Shown piece by piece: positions 63,749 to 64,000 of a DNA stretch of 64,000 nt. A program made the translations under genes and the position numbers. Positions within the stretch are counted from its first letter, which is position 1. Each line of letters starts with the position of its first letter. Origin of the DNA: Chthonomonadales bacterium (GTDB lineage Bacteria > Armatimonadota > Chthonomonadetes > Chthonomonadales > CAJBBX01). The stretch is from contig JBBROJ010000004.1 in NCBI GenBank assembly GCA_038229495.1, forward strand, positions 9,320 through 73,319. Reading direction: 5' to 3'. The notes below the pieces were generated by a model. The model did no database searches, had not been told where the DNA came from, and was given only the letters and a program-made list of their open reading frames with translations.

Positions 63749-64000
63749 GATTCAAGTCCTCTCATACATGTCATACAATTGCGTCTAACCGTCATATCTG
63801 GCAGCCGCACTATCAAATTGTAAAGCCCTTGACCTATCTTTGCGGTAAGAACAGCAGTGTCTTGGGATCGACGGGGGTTCGCCATCCGCCGATAACTCCC
63901 CGCAGAAAGCTGGCTGCCCGGCCAAGGCCCGAGGGTTTTCGGAGCTTTAACACTTGCTTCAGTGGCGGAAGCACCGCCCACGCCCAAAACTCATATGCGG

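Noticed and set aside
60782-63823. Plus-strand ORFs 60782..62146 (454 aa), 62098..62730 and 62624..63823 (399 aa) opposite ispH, hpnA and hpnH.
   Set aside because: They are antisense to three well-supported genes and show shadow-frame composition.

Overview
This is a high-GC (about 60%) bacterial chromosomal window. All calls come from reading the ORF translations and the DNA directly. No database search was run, so family names are motif-level assignments, and repeat coordinates are good to about +/-2 nt.

Gene content, left to right:
- 22-1078: a decayed IS110 transposase.
- 1.8-3.2 kb: two tandem YcgR-like PilZ proteins.
- 3.2-9.6 kb: the proteostasis block tig-clpP-clpX-lon on the minus strand.
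- 9.9-14.0 kb: an exported protein, an MFS transporter and a membrane-anchored hypothetical, followed by tRNA-Arg(UCG).
- 14.5-17.9 kb: an aldehyde dehydrogenase and a KdaD-like FAH dehydratase (Weimberg-type pentose oxidation), split by a membrane protein with an 'LLRP' repeat.
- 17.9-18.4 kb: a GxxExxY gene bracketed by a perfect 20-bp inverted repeat.
- 18.4-21.7 kb: a PSCyt1-cytochrome/WD40 protein and a PPC-domain protein.
- 21.9-25.3 kb: a GT4 glycosyltransferase, a CE4 deacetylase, and a group-3 sigma factor fused to a degenerate GGDEF domain that keeps its I-site. This fusion is my top candidate for something new.
- 25.4-31.3 kb: an aminotransferase, amidohydrolase and Gfo-oxidoreductase trio, a hypothetical protein, and a DUF5009-type acyltransferase.
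- 31.6-53.2 kb: a 22-gene flagellar cluster, flgB to flhB.
- 53.3-63.7 kb: a 2-hydroxyacid dehydrogenase, a DCC thiol oxidoreductase, an M28 peptidase, a TolC-MFP pair with no pump, a second LLRP protein, and the hopanoid genes hpnG-ispH-hpnA-hpnH.

The non-coding DNA is unusual. Almost every spacer longer than 50 nt is filled with 7-9 bp tandem-repeat arrays from a few unit families. These are often paired with their reverse complement to give long hairpins. One such cassette appears to be inserted in frame inside lon. Four sigma-28-like promoter motifs with identical spacing precede pilZ, flgB, fliK and fliM.

Taxonomy is uncertain. The mix is a diderm with a Firmicute/spirochaete-like flagellar gene order, planctomycete-type domains and hopanoid genes.
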